Shown piece after piece: positions 36,461 to 55,111 of a stretch of 64,000 bases of DNA. The notes under the pieces are model-generated. The model was given only the letters and a program-made list of their open reading frames with translations. It was not told the origin of the DNA and searched no databases. How positions within the stretch are numbered: the first letter of the stretch is position 1; each line of letters starts with the position of its first letter. This DNA is from Macrostomum lignano (lineage: Eukaryota), in the NCBI GenBank assembly GCA_002269645.1, contig NIVC01003203.1:47813-111812 (forward strand), given 5' to 3'. The translations under genes and the position numbers were made by a program.

Positions 36461-38424
36461 ATGAGACCGTGCTTTGAGAACTGAATACATCTTGGATTAC
36501 GCCTGATGGCTCCTTTCTTTATATAAAGTATTTTCAGTATTGATACTAAGCCTCCAATACCTGGCAGGTGAGAGTACTCGAAGACAACGGCAAAATTCTG
36601 TTATTTAAATCTTAATTATAACAAAAATCTCTCAAAATAGATTCATTTAATCGTGTCAGAGGACTGACAGAATTCTTCGTTGAATGCTTAAGCGTTTTAC
36701 TTAATCTACTACACCTACTACATATAGGATAACTATGGATGGGCCACTCAGCACATTTGCGTACAAGCTACTTTCAGTTCAGTAGTGAGTTAAACAGAAG
36801 CATTCTTAAAGTCAAGGCTCAATGTATTGGCTCTTACCCCCCCCAGCTTAAACCCTCCAACCGCGCCTTTCCACACCACCCCCTCGCCCCGCCCCGCCCC
36901 AATTTTTATTGCCTTTCTCGGAATTCCAGCCTAAAGCTGCCATGTACATTTCAGTGGATTTCATTGCTCAACCAATTAGCAAGCTAGAGTCGAGGTAGGG
37001 TACATCATTTGATATAAGCCAGGAGAACAAAAGCAAAAACGAGCATTTTGCATTTGTCTTAATAATACCAAATTACAAGTTTCATTTTTTAAATTAGCAA
37101 GCTGTTTACGCCTTAGCAAACTTATCAAAGTCATTTCAGCTGCCTTGTTTTTTAAAATAGCTCATGTGTTCTTCTTTGCTACTGAACTAAAAGTAGAAAG
37201 ATAGAAAGTAGAAAAGTAGAAAGCGTGAGTAGCCCATATAGTTATTTTAGTATTCGTGCCGCATACTAATAAATATATCAACACGTTGGTGAATGTTGTC
37301 GAACGGCCGCATTCATTTGGGGCTTCTGTGCACGAAAATGCGCGAGCACGAGCGACACACGAGGGCCAATCTCCAAGGCACAGTGTACATTCCTGACGAT
37401 TTCAAACTTAGGGCCGCTGTACACCCAGTGTGAGCGTCTGTATGAGTGCATGCCTGCGTACAGTATCGGCGAGCTTGTATGCGCTCAGGAGTCAGTGGAA
37501 TGGGCAAAACTGCCGTCAGCGCTGCTTGTGGGACGGTGTCGCCGAGAAGGCTTTGCGCCAGGGCCCCCAGCCTTCCTACAAATGCTTTTATAGAGGGCGT
37601 AAGTGATTTGAAGGGCACCATATACTTTTGAAAGATACTCTCCAAGGACACTGTCCAAGGCACATGGCAAAAACTGAGCCTGGAAACCTATGGAAGCATT
37701 AGATATAATAACTATGCAAAGAAGACACTAAAACAGCACACAGAGACCGCTTAACGCATACTTTTAACTATATGAACTGCCAATAGATCTAGCGATGAAG
37801 TGAAAGTTTATTGTTTTCTTCCAATCAATAAAACGAACAAGAGAAAGCTAAAAAACGCACAGAGTCGTAATTGCAATTAGAATAATTGTTAATTAACACA
37901 TATAAGTATTTACAAATATAGACAAGAAATTAAGGACGAGCGCGTGACAATAGCGTTGCAGACGAGAACGAACTAATAATAATAATAGTAATTGATAAAG
38001 TATGAACTATTTTTGTTTATTTTTGGGGGTTTTGGGAAACAATTGTACATTGGTCGTGCGATTTGGTGGCTCATTGGATGGCAGTGTGAATGAGCCTTAA
38101 CTGATGCGTATTGACCATTTTCAAAGCGTACATTGCCCACCGCTTTGAAACTCACGGATATCGCAGTTGAGAAGCATTTTATAATACACCGGTAAAGACG
38201 CCAACGGCAGATATACGGTTGCAAAAAGGCTGATCGCGCGTTACATTGACTACTCCAGCCAGAAACAAATGTTAAAAGTTCCGTATGGCACCATGAAAGT
38301 GACACCGTCTAGCAGTGAGGAGAAGACGGAACGCGCGGTGTCCGTGTATCAAGTAGGGGGCGCTGCCATATTGAATTTCTACGGACCGGCTATCATCAAT
38401 TTGATATCGTTCAGCCATTTCAAA

Positions 38425-39010
38425 GGGGGGGGGTTTCACAAACTCGAAATTTCACAACGTCGAAAGCACCTTCTTTCACAAGGTCGAAATTTCATAAGGT
38501 CGAAATTTCACAACATCGAAAACTCGAAAAGCAGCCACTTTCATAAGGTAGAAATTTCACAAGGTCGAAATTTCACAACATCGAAAACTTTAGCAAGAGA
38601 CTTCATAAGGTCGAAATTTCATAAGGTCGAAATTTCACAACGTAGAAAACTACTGTATGGTTCTTGATAGATAAAATTTTCGACTTTGTGAAATTTCGAG
38701 CTTATGAAGTTTCGACCTTGTGAAAGTGGCTGCACTTGAGTTTTCGATGTTATGAAATTTCGACCTTGTGAAATTTCGACCTTATGAAATCTCTTGCTAG
38801 ATTTTTCGATGTTGTGAAATTTCGACCTTGTGAAGTTTCTACCTTGTGAAAGTGGCTGCTATTTGAGTTTTCGATGTTGTGAAATTTCGACCTTATGAAG
38901 TCTCTTGCTAAAGTTTTCGATGTTGTGAAATTTCGACCTTGTGAAGTTTCGACCTTGTGAAATAATTTACTTTTCGAAGTTGTGAAATTTCGACCTTGTG
39001 AAAGCACCCC
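38425..39010. mobile_element. Foldback-type non-autonomous element, about 586 bp; inverted arms built of 16-bp GAAATTTCACAAGGTC subrepeats
   Basis: Left arm about 38425-38650 is the reverse complement of the subrepeats in the right arm about 38676-39010; ends GGGG.TTTCACAA / TTGTGAAAGCACCCC; TTCAAA immediately on both sides. Confidence 0.8.
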
Positions 39011-39129
39011 TTCAAAGGCTTTTTTTCGTAAATATTTTTTGGCATTGTAAATGAGTTTTGTATGGAATATATAGGGTACAGTGTCTTCTTTTCATTTCTT
39101 TTTAACAGTATCTTTTCTGCACGAATTCT

Positions 39130-40083
39130 AAGCACCCCTTCGATTTTCAGCGAAATCGACAAGCAGGAATACTGAGCCCTCATTAAATTTTTCACCCTGA
39201 AAGGGCTAAAGCCGACAAAAATTGAAGAAATAAAGTCTGTATACCCCACAACTTGTCCCTCTCTGCGCACCATTACAACGAATTCAAGCATGGTAGGGTG
39301 AGCCTTGAAGATGGCCCCTGCAGTGGACGGCCTGCCACCAGCACCAACCAGGAGAAAGTTAAGGCAGTAGCCAAGCTGCTTGAAGAGGAATTCGAGTTGG
39401 CACAATTGCGCACACTGTGGACAATCCTACGCCAAATCCTAGGTTACAACAATATCAGTGCCCGATGGGTGCCCTGAATGCTTTCACGGGACAACGAGCA
39501 GAACCAGATCATGCTTGTCCTCTACAATGAGAACCCAGATGGATTTGAGCGACGAATCATAGCTGGGGATGAGTGCTGGATCTACTGCTACGACCCAGAG
39601 TCTAAGCCAGATTCCATGGAGTGGCGGCGCCCTGGGGAAGGGCCACCCCGCAAGTTCAAGCAAGCGAAGTCAGCTGGCAAGATCTTGGGCTGTTTCTTCT
39701 GGGACTGTCAGGGGATCCTGCTCGCCGAGTACCTGTCTGTTGGGCACACTGTCACGGGTGTCCGGTACGCTGAACAACTGGGCTAGCTTCGTCAGGCAGC
39801 TGTCTAGAAGAGGTGGGGGAAGCTGAGTGCTGGCCCCTTGCTGCTTCACGACAATGCCCCAGCTCACACCGTCCAGGTTGCGGTGAATGCTGTCACCACT
39901 GCGGGGTTCGAAATCCTCCCGCATCCGGCCTATCCACCAGACCTGGCAACCTCCAATTTCCATCTATTCCACCAGCTCAAGCGGCCACTCCGTGGGCACT
40001 ATTTCGAGTCCAACAAAGAGGTCATTATTCCGAAATGTCTGCTCTAACTATGTGAACGACAAAACTTTTTGAGCCCCCTCGTA
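39130..40083 (+). mobile_element. Decayed mariner (DD34D-type) transposase with right TIR
   Basis: ALIKFFTLKGL N-terminus, LEDGPCSGRP, ARWVP, IAGDECWIYCYDPESK, KILGCFFWD, LLHDNAPAH, HPAYPPDLATSNFHLF; stops and frameshifts present; 3' end AAAACTTTTTGAGCCCCCTCG-TA. Confidence 0.93.
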
Positions 40084-40607
40084 TGAACTAGTTTTGCGGT
40101 GAGGACTAATTGATCTCACTAACACCTATCCAACAGATCTGCATATCGTTTCGTTGTTGCGCGTGTCCTTACGGATTAAATAAGATAGACAGGCTAAATG
40201 GGATACATGAGTAAATCTACAAGTAATGATGGGTAAGCTACTCCTGAACTTTGGTTGTTAGTAGTGTAGCAGCGTATTTTCTTCGTCTTATCCGCTCGTT
40301 TGTATCCAAAGAGGAATGAACGTTTCATAACATGTGTAACATGCTGACCATTCGCTGCCTACGTCTACCTTAGCAACTCTGCGAGTTCAACATGGGTGCA
40401 GCTTATGCTAGCACTTTTTTTATCGGCATCAGCAGGTTTGATCCGCACACGTTTAGGCCTGTGTATCTGCAAGCAGATATCTGCAAAAATATTTAAGTCC
40501 TATTTCCTGATTAAGCAGACATTCCCATTATTACTGAAGTATAAAACAGTCAACAATGCGTATATAACAATAAGATTGGAAATTGTTTATATTTGTCTTA
40601 ATAAGTG

Positions 40608-46343
<5,736 letters not shown>

Positions 46344-46481
46344 TGCGGCTCAGCAGCAGCAGCGGTAGCATGAATAGAAGATTAGAATATCATCTTACTA
46401 CTGTTTATAGTAAGCATAATAGGCAACTAACTAATACTTTATCTGCCGAGTTGGGTAGAGGACAGCTTAGTAATGGGTGGT

Positions 46482-47385
46482 CAGGAAAGGTGACAGAACA
46501 GCCATGTCTCACTGTGAGAGAGGGTGACAGAACAGCCACGTCTCACTGTCAGAGAGGGTGACAGAACAGCCACGTCTCACTGTCAGAGAGGGTGACAGAA
46601 CAGCCATGTCTCACTGTCAGAGAGGGTGACAGAACAGCCATGTCTCACTGTCAGAGAGGGTGACAGAACAGACATGTCACACTGATGGATGGTCAGGGAG
46701 GGTGACAGAACAGCCATGTCACACTGATGGATGGTCAGGGAGGGTGACAGAACAGCCATGTCACACTGATGGATGGTCAGGGAGGGTGACAGAACAGCCA
46801 TGTCACACTGATGGATGGTCAGGGAGGGGGACAGAACAGCCATGTCACACTGATGGATGGTCAGGGAGGGTGACAGAAAAGCCATGTCACACTGATGGAT
46901 GGTCAGGGAGGGGGACAGAACAGCCATGCCTCAATGATGGATGGTCAGGGAGGGGGACAGAACAGCCATGCCTCAATGATGGATGGTCAGGGAGGGGGAC
47001 AGAACAGCCATGTCTCACTGATGGATGGTCAGGGAGGGTGACAGAACAGCCATGTCACACTGATGGATGGTCAGGGAGGGGGACAGAACAGCCATGTCTC
47101 ACTGATGGATGGTCAGGGAGGGTGACAGAACAGCCATGTCACACTGATGGATGGTCAGGGAGGGGGACAGAACAGCCATGCCTCAATGATGGATGGTCAG
47201 GGAGGGGGACAGAACAGCCATGCCTAAATGATGAATGGTCAGGGAGGGGGACAGAACAGCCATGCCTCAATGATGGATGGTCAGGGAGGGGGACAGAACA
47301 GCCATGCCTCAATGATGGATGGTCAGGGAGGGGGACAGAACAGCCATGTCTCACTGATGGATGGTCAGGGAGGGGGACAGAACAC
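46482..47385. repeat. 33/42-bp minisatellite (GAGGGTGACAGAACAGCCATGTCACACTGATGGATGGTCAGG)n between UBA6 and SMU1
   Basis: Visible tandem units; source of the GRVTEQPCHTDGWS ORF. Confidence 0.96.
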
Positions 47386-47697
47386 TAAATTAAAAGACCG
47401 AGTGAAATAAAGTTATACAAGAAGCATAAAAAGCGTAAGAAAGCCTGTTAGGACCTCAGAAAGCAAAGCAAGCGAACAAGACTTTATATTGCGAAAGCAA
47501 TTGTTTCGTAGGTTATCTAAGGTCAAAAAACACACATCGGGATTGAGATGGGATTTGAGTACATTTATGAACTCTGTGAGGGTATTTCTAGTCTCAAGCA
47601 ACTTAGCTAAGCGTGACCGGGCGCTTTGAACATGGATAATTTGAACAGTGATATCGGAATAGTCAATTTCAATCCGATGAATACATCGCCGCTGTCA

Positions 47698-50600
47698 TCA
47701 CTCGTCACTCAGGTGCACTCGAACAATCGGGCCAACAATGTCAGTCTCGATATCATCGTCTGTAGCTGCATCGCCGCGGAAAATTGAAGCGTCCGGTTCG
47801 TACATGACAGTCAGGTCCACGTAGCTGTCGCCCGGGTTCACGCGGGCGTGAGTTAGCAGCCTGCGATTGAGAGGCCAGAGCCGGGTTGCCGGGGTCAGTT
47901 AAAGGGCACAGGATATGGTTAATCGGGTCAGTTGAAGGGCACAGGATATGGTTCATTGGGTCAATTGAAGGACACAGGATATGGTTTATCGGGTCAATTG
48001 AAGGGCACAGAATATGGTTTATCGGGCCAGTTGAAGGACACAGGATATGGTTTATCGGGTCAATTGAAGGACACAGGATATGGTTTATCGGGTCAGTTGA
48101 AGGGCACAGAATATGGTTTATCGGGTCAGTTGAAGGGCACAGAATATGGTTTATCGGGTCAATTGAAGGACACAGGATATGGTTTATCGGGTCAGTTGAA
48201 GGACACAGGATATGGTTTATCGGGTCAGTTGAAGGGCACAGGATATAGTTTATCGGGTCAGTTGAAGGACACATGATATGGTTTATCGGGTCAGTTGAAG
48301 GACACAGGATATGGTTTATCGGGTCAGTTGAAGGACACAGGATATGGTTTATCGGGTCAATTAAGGACACAGGATATGGTTTATCGGGTCAATTGAAGGA
48401 CACAGAGTTGCTTAATGGGTCATCAAAATGGCATGCTTACGTCTGCTGCAGCCGCTTCCGGTGGCCCGGGAGCATGGGTATGTAGACAGACTTGGAACCC
48501 TGGCACACCATGGACGGTGTCAGGCCGTACCGCTGCTGTACCTGCTGGGTCAGCTGGGCAATTGTCGCCGATCTGCTTAACGGGCCGACCTCCCAGCGGT
48601 CCCATTCGGTGAAATTCCGGCCGCCAGGCAGCGGCTGCTTGCGGCAAGGTCCCGGCTCGCTCAGCACTAGCAGCGGCACGGCCAGGTTCAGGAAGCAATT
48701 CCGATAGCCGGACAGTTGCTCATTGGCGTCTCTGACCGGCTGAGCAGAGGGCTTTGGCCGATGGCGGATGTACTTAAGCATCTCGATGGTAACCAGGCCG
48801 GCTACCGCGGCAGTTGTGGTGGCAATGGCTGGCACGATGCGGCCGGCAATTCGTTTTACCTGTGCGGTTTAGTGATTGGTTGATAGCGATTTCACATCTC
48901 AGCTGCGATTACTGAAATAATTGGATTTTATGCACAGTGTGATTTCGACGAGTTGAAGCTAGGATTTAAAGAGAATGACTGGAATGGAAGCCAGGGAAAT
49001 GAATGATTGGAGTGGAAGCCACCGGAAAAGGACTACAATACGAGAAGCCACTAGAATACAGAATGACTGCAATGGAAGCCACTAGAATACAGAATGACTG
49101 GAATCAAAGTCAATGGATCACAGAATGACTGAAATGGAAGCTAGTGGAAAAGAATGACTGGAGTGGAAGCCAGTGTAAATGAATGACTGGAGTGGAAGCC
49201 AGTGGAAAGGAATGGCTGGAGTGGAAGCCAGTGGAAAGGAATGACTGGAGTGGAAGCCAGTATAAAACAATGACTGGAGTGGAAGCCAGTGGAAAGGAAT
49301 GACTGGAGTGGAAGCCAGTGGAAAGGAATGACTGGAGTGGAAGCCAGTATAAAAGAATGACTGGAGTGGAAGCCAGTGGAAAGGAATGACTGGAGTGGAA
49401 GCCAGTATAAAAGTATGACTGGAGTGGAAGCCAGTGGAAAGGAATGGCTGGAGTGGAAGCCAGTATAAAAGAATGGCTGGAGTGGAAGCCAGTATAAAAG
49501 AATGACGAGTGGAAGCCAGTATAAAAGAATGACTGGAGTGGAAGCCAGTGGAAAGGAATGGCTGGAGTGGAAGCCAGTGGAAAGGAATGACTGGAGTGGA
49601 AGCCAGTGGAAAAGAATGACTGGAGTGGAAGCCAGTGTAAATGAATGACTGGAGTGGAAGCCAGTGGAAAGGAATGGCTGGAGTGGAAGCCAGTATAAAA
49701 GAATGACTGGAGTGGAAGCCAGTGGAAAGGAATGACTGGAGTGGAAGCCAGTGGAAAGGAATGGCTGGAGTGGAAGCCAGTATAAAAGTATGACTGGAGT
49801 GGAAGCCAGTGGAAAGGAATGGCTGGAGTGGAAGCCAGTATAAAAGAATGACTGGAGTGGAAGCCAGTATAAAAGAATGACTGGAGTGGAAGCCAGTGGA
49901 AAGGAATGACTAGAGTGGAAGCCAGTATAAAAGAATGACTGGAGTGGAAGCCAGTGGAAAGGAATGACTGGAGTGGAAGCCAGTATAAAAGAATGACTGG
50001 AGTGGAAGCCAGTGGAAAGGAATGACTGGAGTGGAAGCCAGTGGAAAGGAATGGCTAGAGTGGAAGCCAGTATAAAAGAATGACTGGAGTGGAAGCCAGT
50101 GTAAATGAATGACTGGAGAGCCAGTGCAAAGGAATGACTGGAGAGCCAGTGCAAAGGAATGACTGGAGTGGAAGCCAGTGCAATAGAAGAGACAGCGAAT
50201 CCAACCTGCAGCCGGTCCACAGTATCCAGGCCGTACATGGCGGCACGCAGATTAGCCAGGGAGGCCACAGCGTCAACATGGCTATCATTGTCCTTATCAA
50301 ACTGAACAGGCTGACAGGTGAGCGGCTCAGCCAGACTAGAGAACAGTGCCAGCACAGCCTCTGGGTCGGCATTCGAACCGGCTGTAGAATCGGCCGTAGC
50401 GTCGGCCCGACTCTTGGACTCGTCAGTTTCGATTGGTTTAGTGCTGGGCACAAACTCTGGCAGTGTGATGCTAGGCAGCATGGCGGCAACAAACTCGGCC
50501 GAGTCGCTGCCAGCTGGTATTGGTACACAGAAGGCGCCAGCATAGAGCCTGGCTAAGCTGAGCAAACAGCTGACGTGCAGCGGCTCGTTGGCGTTCAAAG

Positions 50601-53600
50601 CTACGGGACGCGGCGGCCGCTTCGGCGGCGACCAGAACGGGGTGCCGTCTGGCAGGCGAGTGTCCGGCGGGAAGGCGCGCAGGATGTGCAGAGCCCGATG
50701 GATGAAATATTTGGCAAACTTCTTGCCGGCCAGTTGGACACAATCCGGCCAGCTGGTTGGCCGCTGCCGCAGGTAGCGGAAGGCGTCGGCAGCGTCGGGC
50801 ACGTGCTCGTCGGCGGCCAGGCGCTTGGCAATATTGCGCGGCGAATTGCCGTTAGCGTCTAGTAGCCTAGCAACTAGGGCCGGCTTGCAGGCGAAGCTGC
50901 TCTCGAATTTGTCCCTGGCCCATTCGATGCAGTGCTCAATACGCTGGGGAAATGTCTTTAGAGTGCAATAGGGCACCTGCTCTTCCTCTGTTGGATCTTG
51001 CTGAGCACCGTAGGACTCGCTAATGAATGGAAGGATAACTTGCACGTGACCTCTGGCGCCCATTGTGCCGGACTCGAACAGAGGCCGCTGATTGGCTAAG
51101 CAGCGCTGGTCCATGTAGCGCCTAGCGGCCACATTGTCTAGCGCGTTAACGCAAGCGTCCTGCCGGCAGATGAACGCGTCAGTGAAAGCCGTCCGCTCCG
51201 TGTCCCGTCCGACGCGTAGCTGCAAGCCTTCGACGCTTAGACTCGGATTCATTCGCCTGGCAACATCGGCCGCTACCAGAGACTTCGATTGGCGAATGTG
51301 GCCGGGCCGGAACAGGAACTGCCGGTTGAGATTCGACTTCTCAATCACGTCGTCGTCAGTAGCAGTCAGGCGTCCTCCGTCGGCTGTGCAGAAGCCGCAC
51401 AGGGCGAAGTTTTTCAACAGCTCGCAGCCGATAGCCCCACAGCCAACTAGGAATAGGCGTAGGCGTCGGGCTTGCTCTACGGGCCCCGCGCCCATGCAGG
51501 CCGCCAGACGGTGGTAGCGCGGCTCCGCGCCGGCCGTCAGAGTTGGCAAAGTCGATGCCGCGTCGTCGCCAAACAATTCAACAGCATCCAGGTAGAGCCA
51601 TTGGCGAAACGGCGTGAACTTGGCGGTGAGCGCCTTCAATACCTCCTGGGCCGCTAGGCCGCCGAACAGGGCGCACATTGGCTGGAGCCGACCGCCAGCC
51701 GCGGCAGCTCGGGCCAGTCGGCGAACAAACTCGGCATCCTCTGGCGTAGGCGTGTCCGCCTGGCGCAGACAGGCCAGAGCCTCGGAGGCCAGCGCCTCGG
51801 CCGATGCGTTGAAGCCAAGGCGCAGCAGGGCCAAATGAAGGCAGTGAAGACGCAGAGGCGCCCGATCCTTGCCTAGGTCGGGCATTACGAGCGCCTCGCT
51901 TAGGCCTGCAATTGGTGAGATAATGTAAGAGTCGTTTTGCATATACTTGACTTGCTACTTACTACAGTAGGCTAGTAAAGTTTATAGTAGTTTACTTTCA
52001 GCGGCTGTGCACGACCCCACTTTGCTTCGGGTCAAATTGTTCGAATCTACACTTACCCTCAGCGGCCGGCCCGCCATCTAGGAAGTGTTCTAGGGGGCGA
52101 AACTGCAGCTGGACCGGCTGCACCCGCAGTACAAAGCTGCCGCCGCATTCGTAGCCAGCTAGATCGGCCTGCTCAGCCTCGATACAGAAAGCGTCGTGTT
52201 TAGGCGTCGCCGTGACGCGCCACTGCCCGGAGTTCAGCCGATTAGCGCCGCGGATCTCGCGGAAGGCGACAAAATCTCCAACGCAGAGCCGGTGTGGCCG
52301 GCCGTCAAGCGTGCGCACGCAGCCGGCGGCAGCGTCGATTGAGGCTACGAATTCTTCGCGCGGCTCCTCGGCGGCTGGCTCGTTTACCTGCAGTATTAGT
52401 GTTATAAAGTGCTTAGTGAGTGAGCAATGACAATTCGGTCGTGATGGGTAGTACCGCATTAACAGACTAGGTGCAATTAGATGCAGTATACCCTAAACTA
52501 GGTGTAGTATCCCATAGACTATGTGTAGTATCCCATAGACTATGTGCAGTATCCCATAGACTAGGTGTAGTATCCCATAGACTAGGTGTAGTACACCATA
52601 GACTAGGTGTAGTATCCCATAGACTAGGTGTAGTACACCATAGACTAGGTGTAGTATCCCATAGACTAGGTGTAGTACACCAGACTAGGTGTAGTATCCC
52701 ATAGACTAGGTGTAGTATCCCAGACTAGGTGTAGTATCCCATAGACTAGGTGTAGTATCCCATAGACTATGTGTAGTATCCCATAGACTATGTGCAGTAT
52801 CCCATAGACTAGGTGTAGTATCCCATAGACTAGGTGTAGTACACCATAGACTAGGTGTAGTATCCCATAGACTAGGTGTAGTACACCATAGACTAGGTGT
52901 AGTATCCCATAGACTAGGTGTAGTACACCAGACTAGGTGTAGTATCCCATAGACTAGGTGTAGTATCCCATAGACTAGGTGTAGTATCCCAGACTAGGTG
53001 TAGTATCCCATAGACTAGGTGTAGTATCCCATAGACTAGGTGTAGTATAACATAGACTAGGTTTAGTATCCCATAGACTAGGTGTAGTATCCCATAGACT
53101 AGGTGTAGTACACCAGACTAGGTGTAGTATCCCATAGACTAGGTGTAGTACACCAGACTAGGTGTAGTATCCCATAGACTAGGTGTAGTATCCCAGACTA
53201 GGTGTAGTATCCCATAGACTAGGTGTAGTATCCCATAGACTAGGTGTAGTATCCCATAGACTAGGTGTAGTATAACATAGACTAGGTTTAGTATCCCATA
53301 GACTAGGTGTAGTATCCCATAGACTAGGTGTAGTACACCAGACTAGGTGTAGTATCCCATAGACTAGGTGTAGTACACCATAGACTAGGCGTAGTATCCC
53401 ATAGACTAGGTGTAGTATCCCAGACTAGGTGTAGTATCCCAGACTAGGTGTAGTATCCCATAGACTAGGTGTAGTATCCCATAGACTAGGTGTAGTACAC
53501 CATAGACTAGGTGTAGTATAACATAGACTAGGTGTAGTATCCCATAGACTAGGTGTAGTATCCCATAGACTAGGTGTAGTATACCATAGACTAGGTGTAG

Positions 53601-54400
53601 TACACCATAGACTAGGTGTAGTACACCATAGACTAGGTGTAGTACACCATAGACTAGGTGTAGTACACCATAGACTTGGTGCCACACCCATAAACTATTA
53701 GTATAACAAAAGGTAGACTACGAAAAACACCCCATAGTTTAAGGCTTAATCTTAATGGTGTTACAACATCCAAAAAGTTGATGTAGGTGCAAGACCTCAT
53801 AGATTAGATGCACCAAGACCTCAAAATTCCTATCTATCAGAATCACACCAAAGCACTCAGACTGCCAACAAAGCCTACTTGAAAGACGTCGCCAAAGTCG
53901 TTGAACAGGCAGCCAAATAAGCCGTGCACAGCGGCGCAGACCAGCGGAATCCGTTTTGTCCGACAGGCGGCAGACACCCGACGCTGAGCATCGACCGAGG
54001 CGCCAACAAGGGCGACGCAGTCGAATTCGGCGATGTAGCCAAGCGATTCATCTGGCAGCTCTACATTGCCGCTATGCCGTTCAATCCTAACGTAGGGATT
54101 CAGTTCGGCTAGGCGAGGACAGCTGGCCGAGTCTCGAGCGGCGCCGTTAGCGACGTCGTCAGCCGTGACGAAGAACTGGTCGCCGAGGTCCTCGGCGGTG
54201 CACAGGCGGCTGTCCTGCACAGCCAGCAGGCGCACCCCGGTCAGAGCCAGGTTCTTAGCCAGTTCAACGCCGAGGCCGTCCAAGCCGCAGACGAGTACTC
54301 GGGCGGCGGCCATGCGCTGCATGGCGGCGTCGCCCATCACGTAACGCTGCCTGCTGTACAGGCTGTCGTCAATGCCGTCCGCTGCCGTGCTGACTGACAT
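47698..54400 (-). CDS. UBA6: Ubiquitin-like modifier-activating enzyme 6 (E1), about 1044 aa; exons 53879..54400, 52057..52387, 50206..51905, 48441..48859, 47698..47860
   Basis: DDSLYSRQRYVMGDAAMQRM, GLDGLGVELAKN, GCGAIGCELLKN, IEKSNLNRQFLFR, catalytic PYCTLKTFP..IEHCIEWARDKFESSF (UBA6-type), KRIAGRIVPAIATTTA, C-terminal YVDLTV..GPIVRV. Phases 0, 1, 0, 2 join. Confidence 0.95.
47893..48405. repeat. 33-bp minisatellite (GGACACAGGATATGGTTTATCGGGTCAGTTGAA)n in UBA6 intron 4
   Basis: Visible tandem units. Confidence 0.96.
48975..50180. repeat. 29-bp minisatellite (GAATGACTGGAGTGGAAGCCAGTGGAAAG)n in UBA6 intron 3
   Basis: Visible tandem units, degenerating toward 48975. Confidence 0.96.
52494..53682. 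repeat. 21-bp minisatellite (AGACTAGGTGTAGTATCCCAT)n in UBA6 intron 1
   Basis: Visible tandem units. Confidence 0.97.
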
Positions 54401-55111
54401 GGCTGTCAGGATAGGTCAATTTCAAGCATTTTTGTTTTTTCTCTTAACTTAGTAGACGCTAATAAAGCTCAATAAGACAATTAAAGGGTGCGAGATAGGC
54501 ACCCAGGTTCAGCCCTGGCTATTGGTCTCCGATTCACGCTCACGGAAGGCCAAGCCTCAATGCACAGAGTATGTACACTGTTATATCGGACGCGTACATA
54601 AAACAGACAAAACAGAGGTCTGGACACTGCCTGATGAGTCACGGAGACCTTTTATAGGCTGCATGGACTGCATGTCTTCCCATCGGCTGAGGGTCGAATG
54701 AATCCTATGCAAATCTATCAGTTAGAAAATGAATTTCAAAACACAGCACAAAAAAGGTATAACAACCACCTTTGATAAATATTTTATTTAACAAGCGAAC
54801 GAGCAAAAGCATGCTTAACTGAACAGAGAAAGCTAAGTATATTGCTCATAACTGATAATCGCGTGAAATTACTTGCGTGAAAGTGATAAACAATAAGAAT
54901 TTTTTTGATTTGAAGGCCAATTACAGTCAGGATATTTTCTCAGACAAAAAATCGCACGAACTTTTAGTATTCCTGATAAAAATCAAAACATAAAAGTACA
55001 CAGCTTTCTTATTTCTTAAAAAATGCCGAACTGGAGCTAATTTGCTGTAAAAATGCCATCAGGTGCGATAATACCTGCCCCTCAATTTACCATAACTTGT
55101 CAATTTTTTAT

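Noticed and set aside
38350-38375. CTCF-like motif AAGTAGGGGGCGCTG
   Set aside because: A single short match with no supporting context; CTCF presence in this organism is unknown.
46583-48485. GRVTEQPC and CPSTDPINHIL ORFs
   Set aside because: 42-bp and 33-bp minisatellites with no protein-family features.
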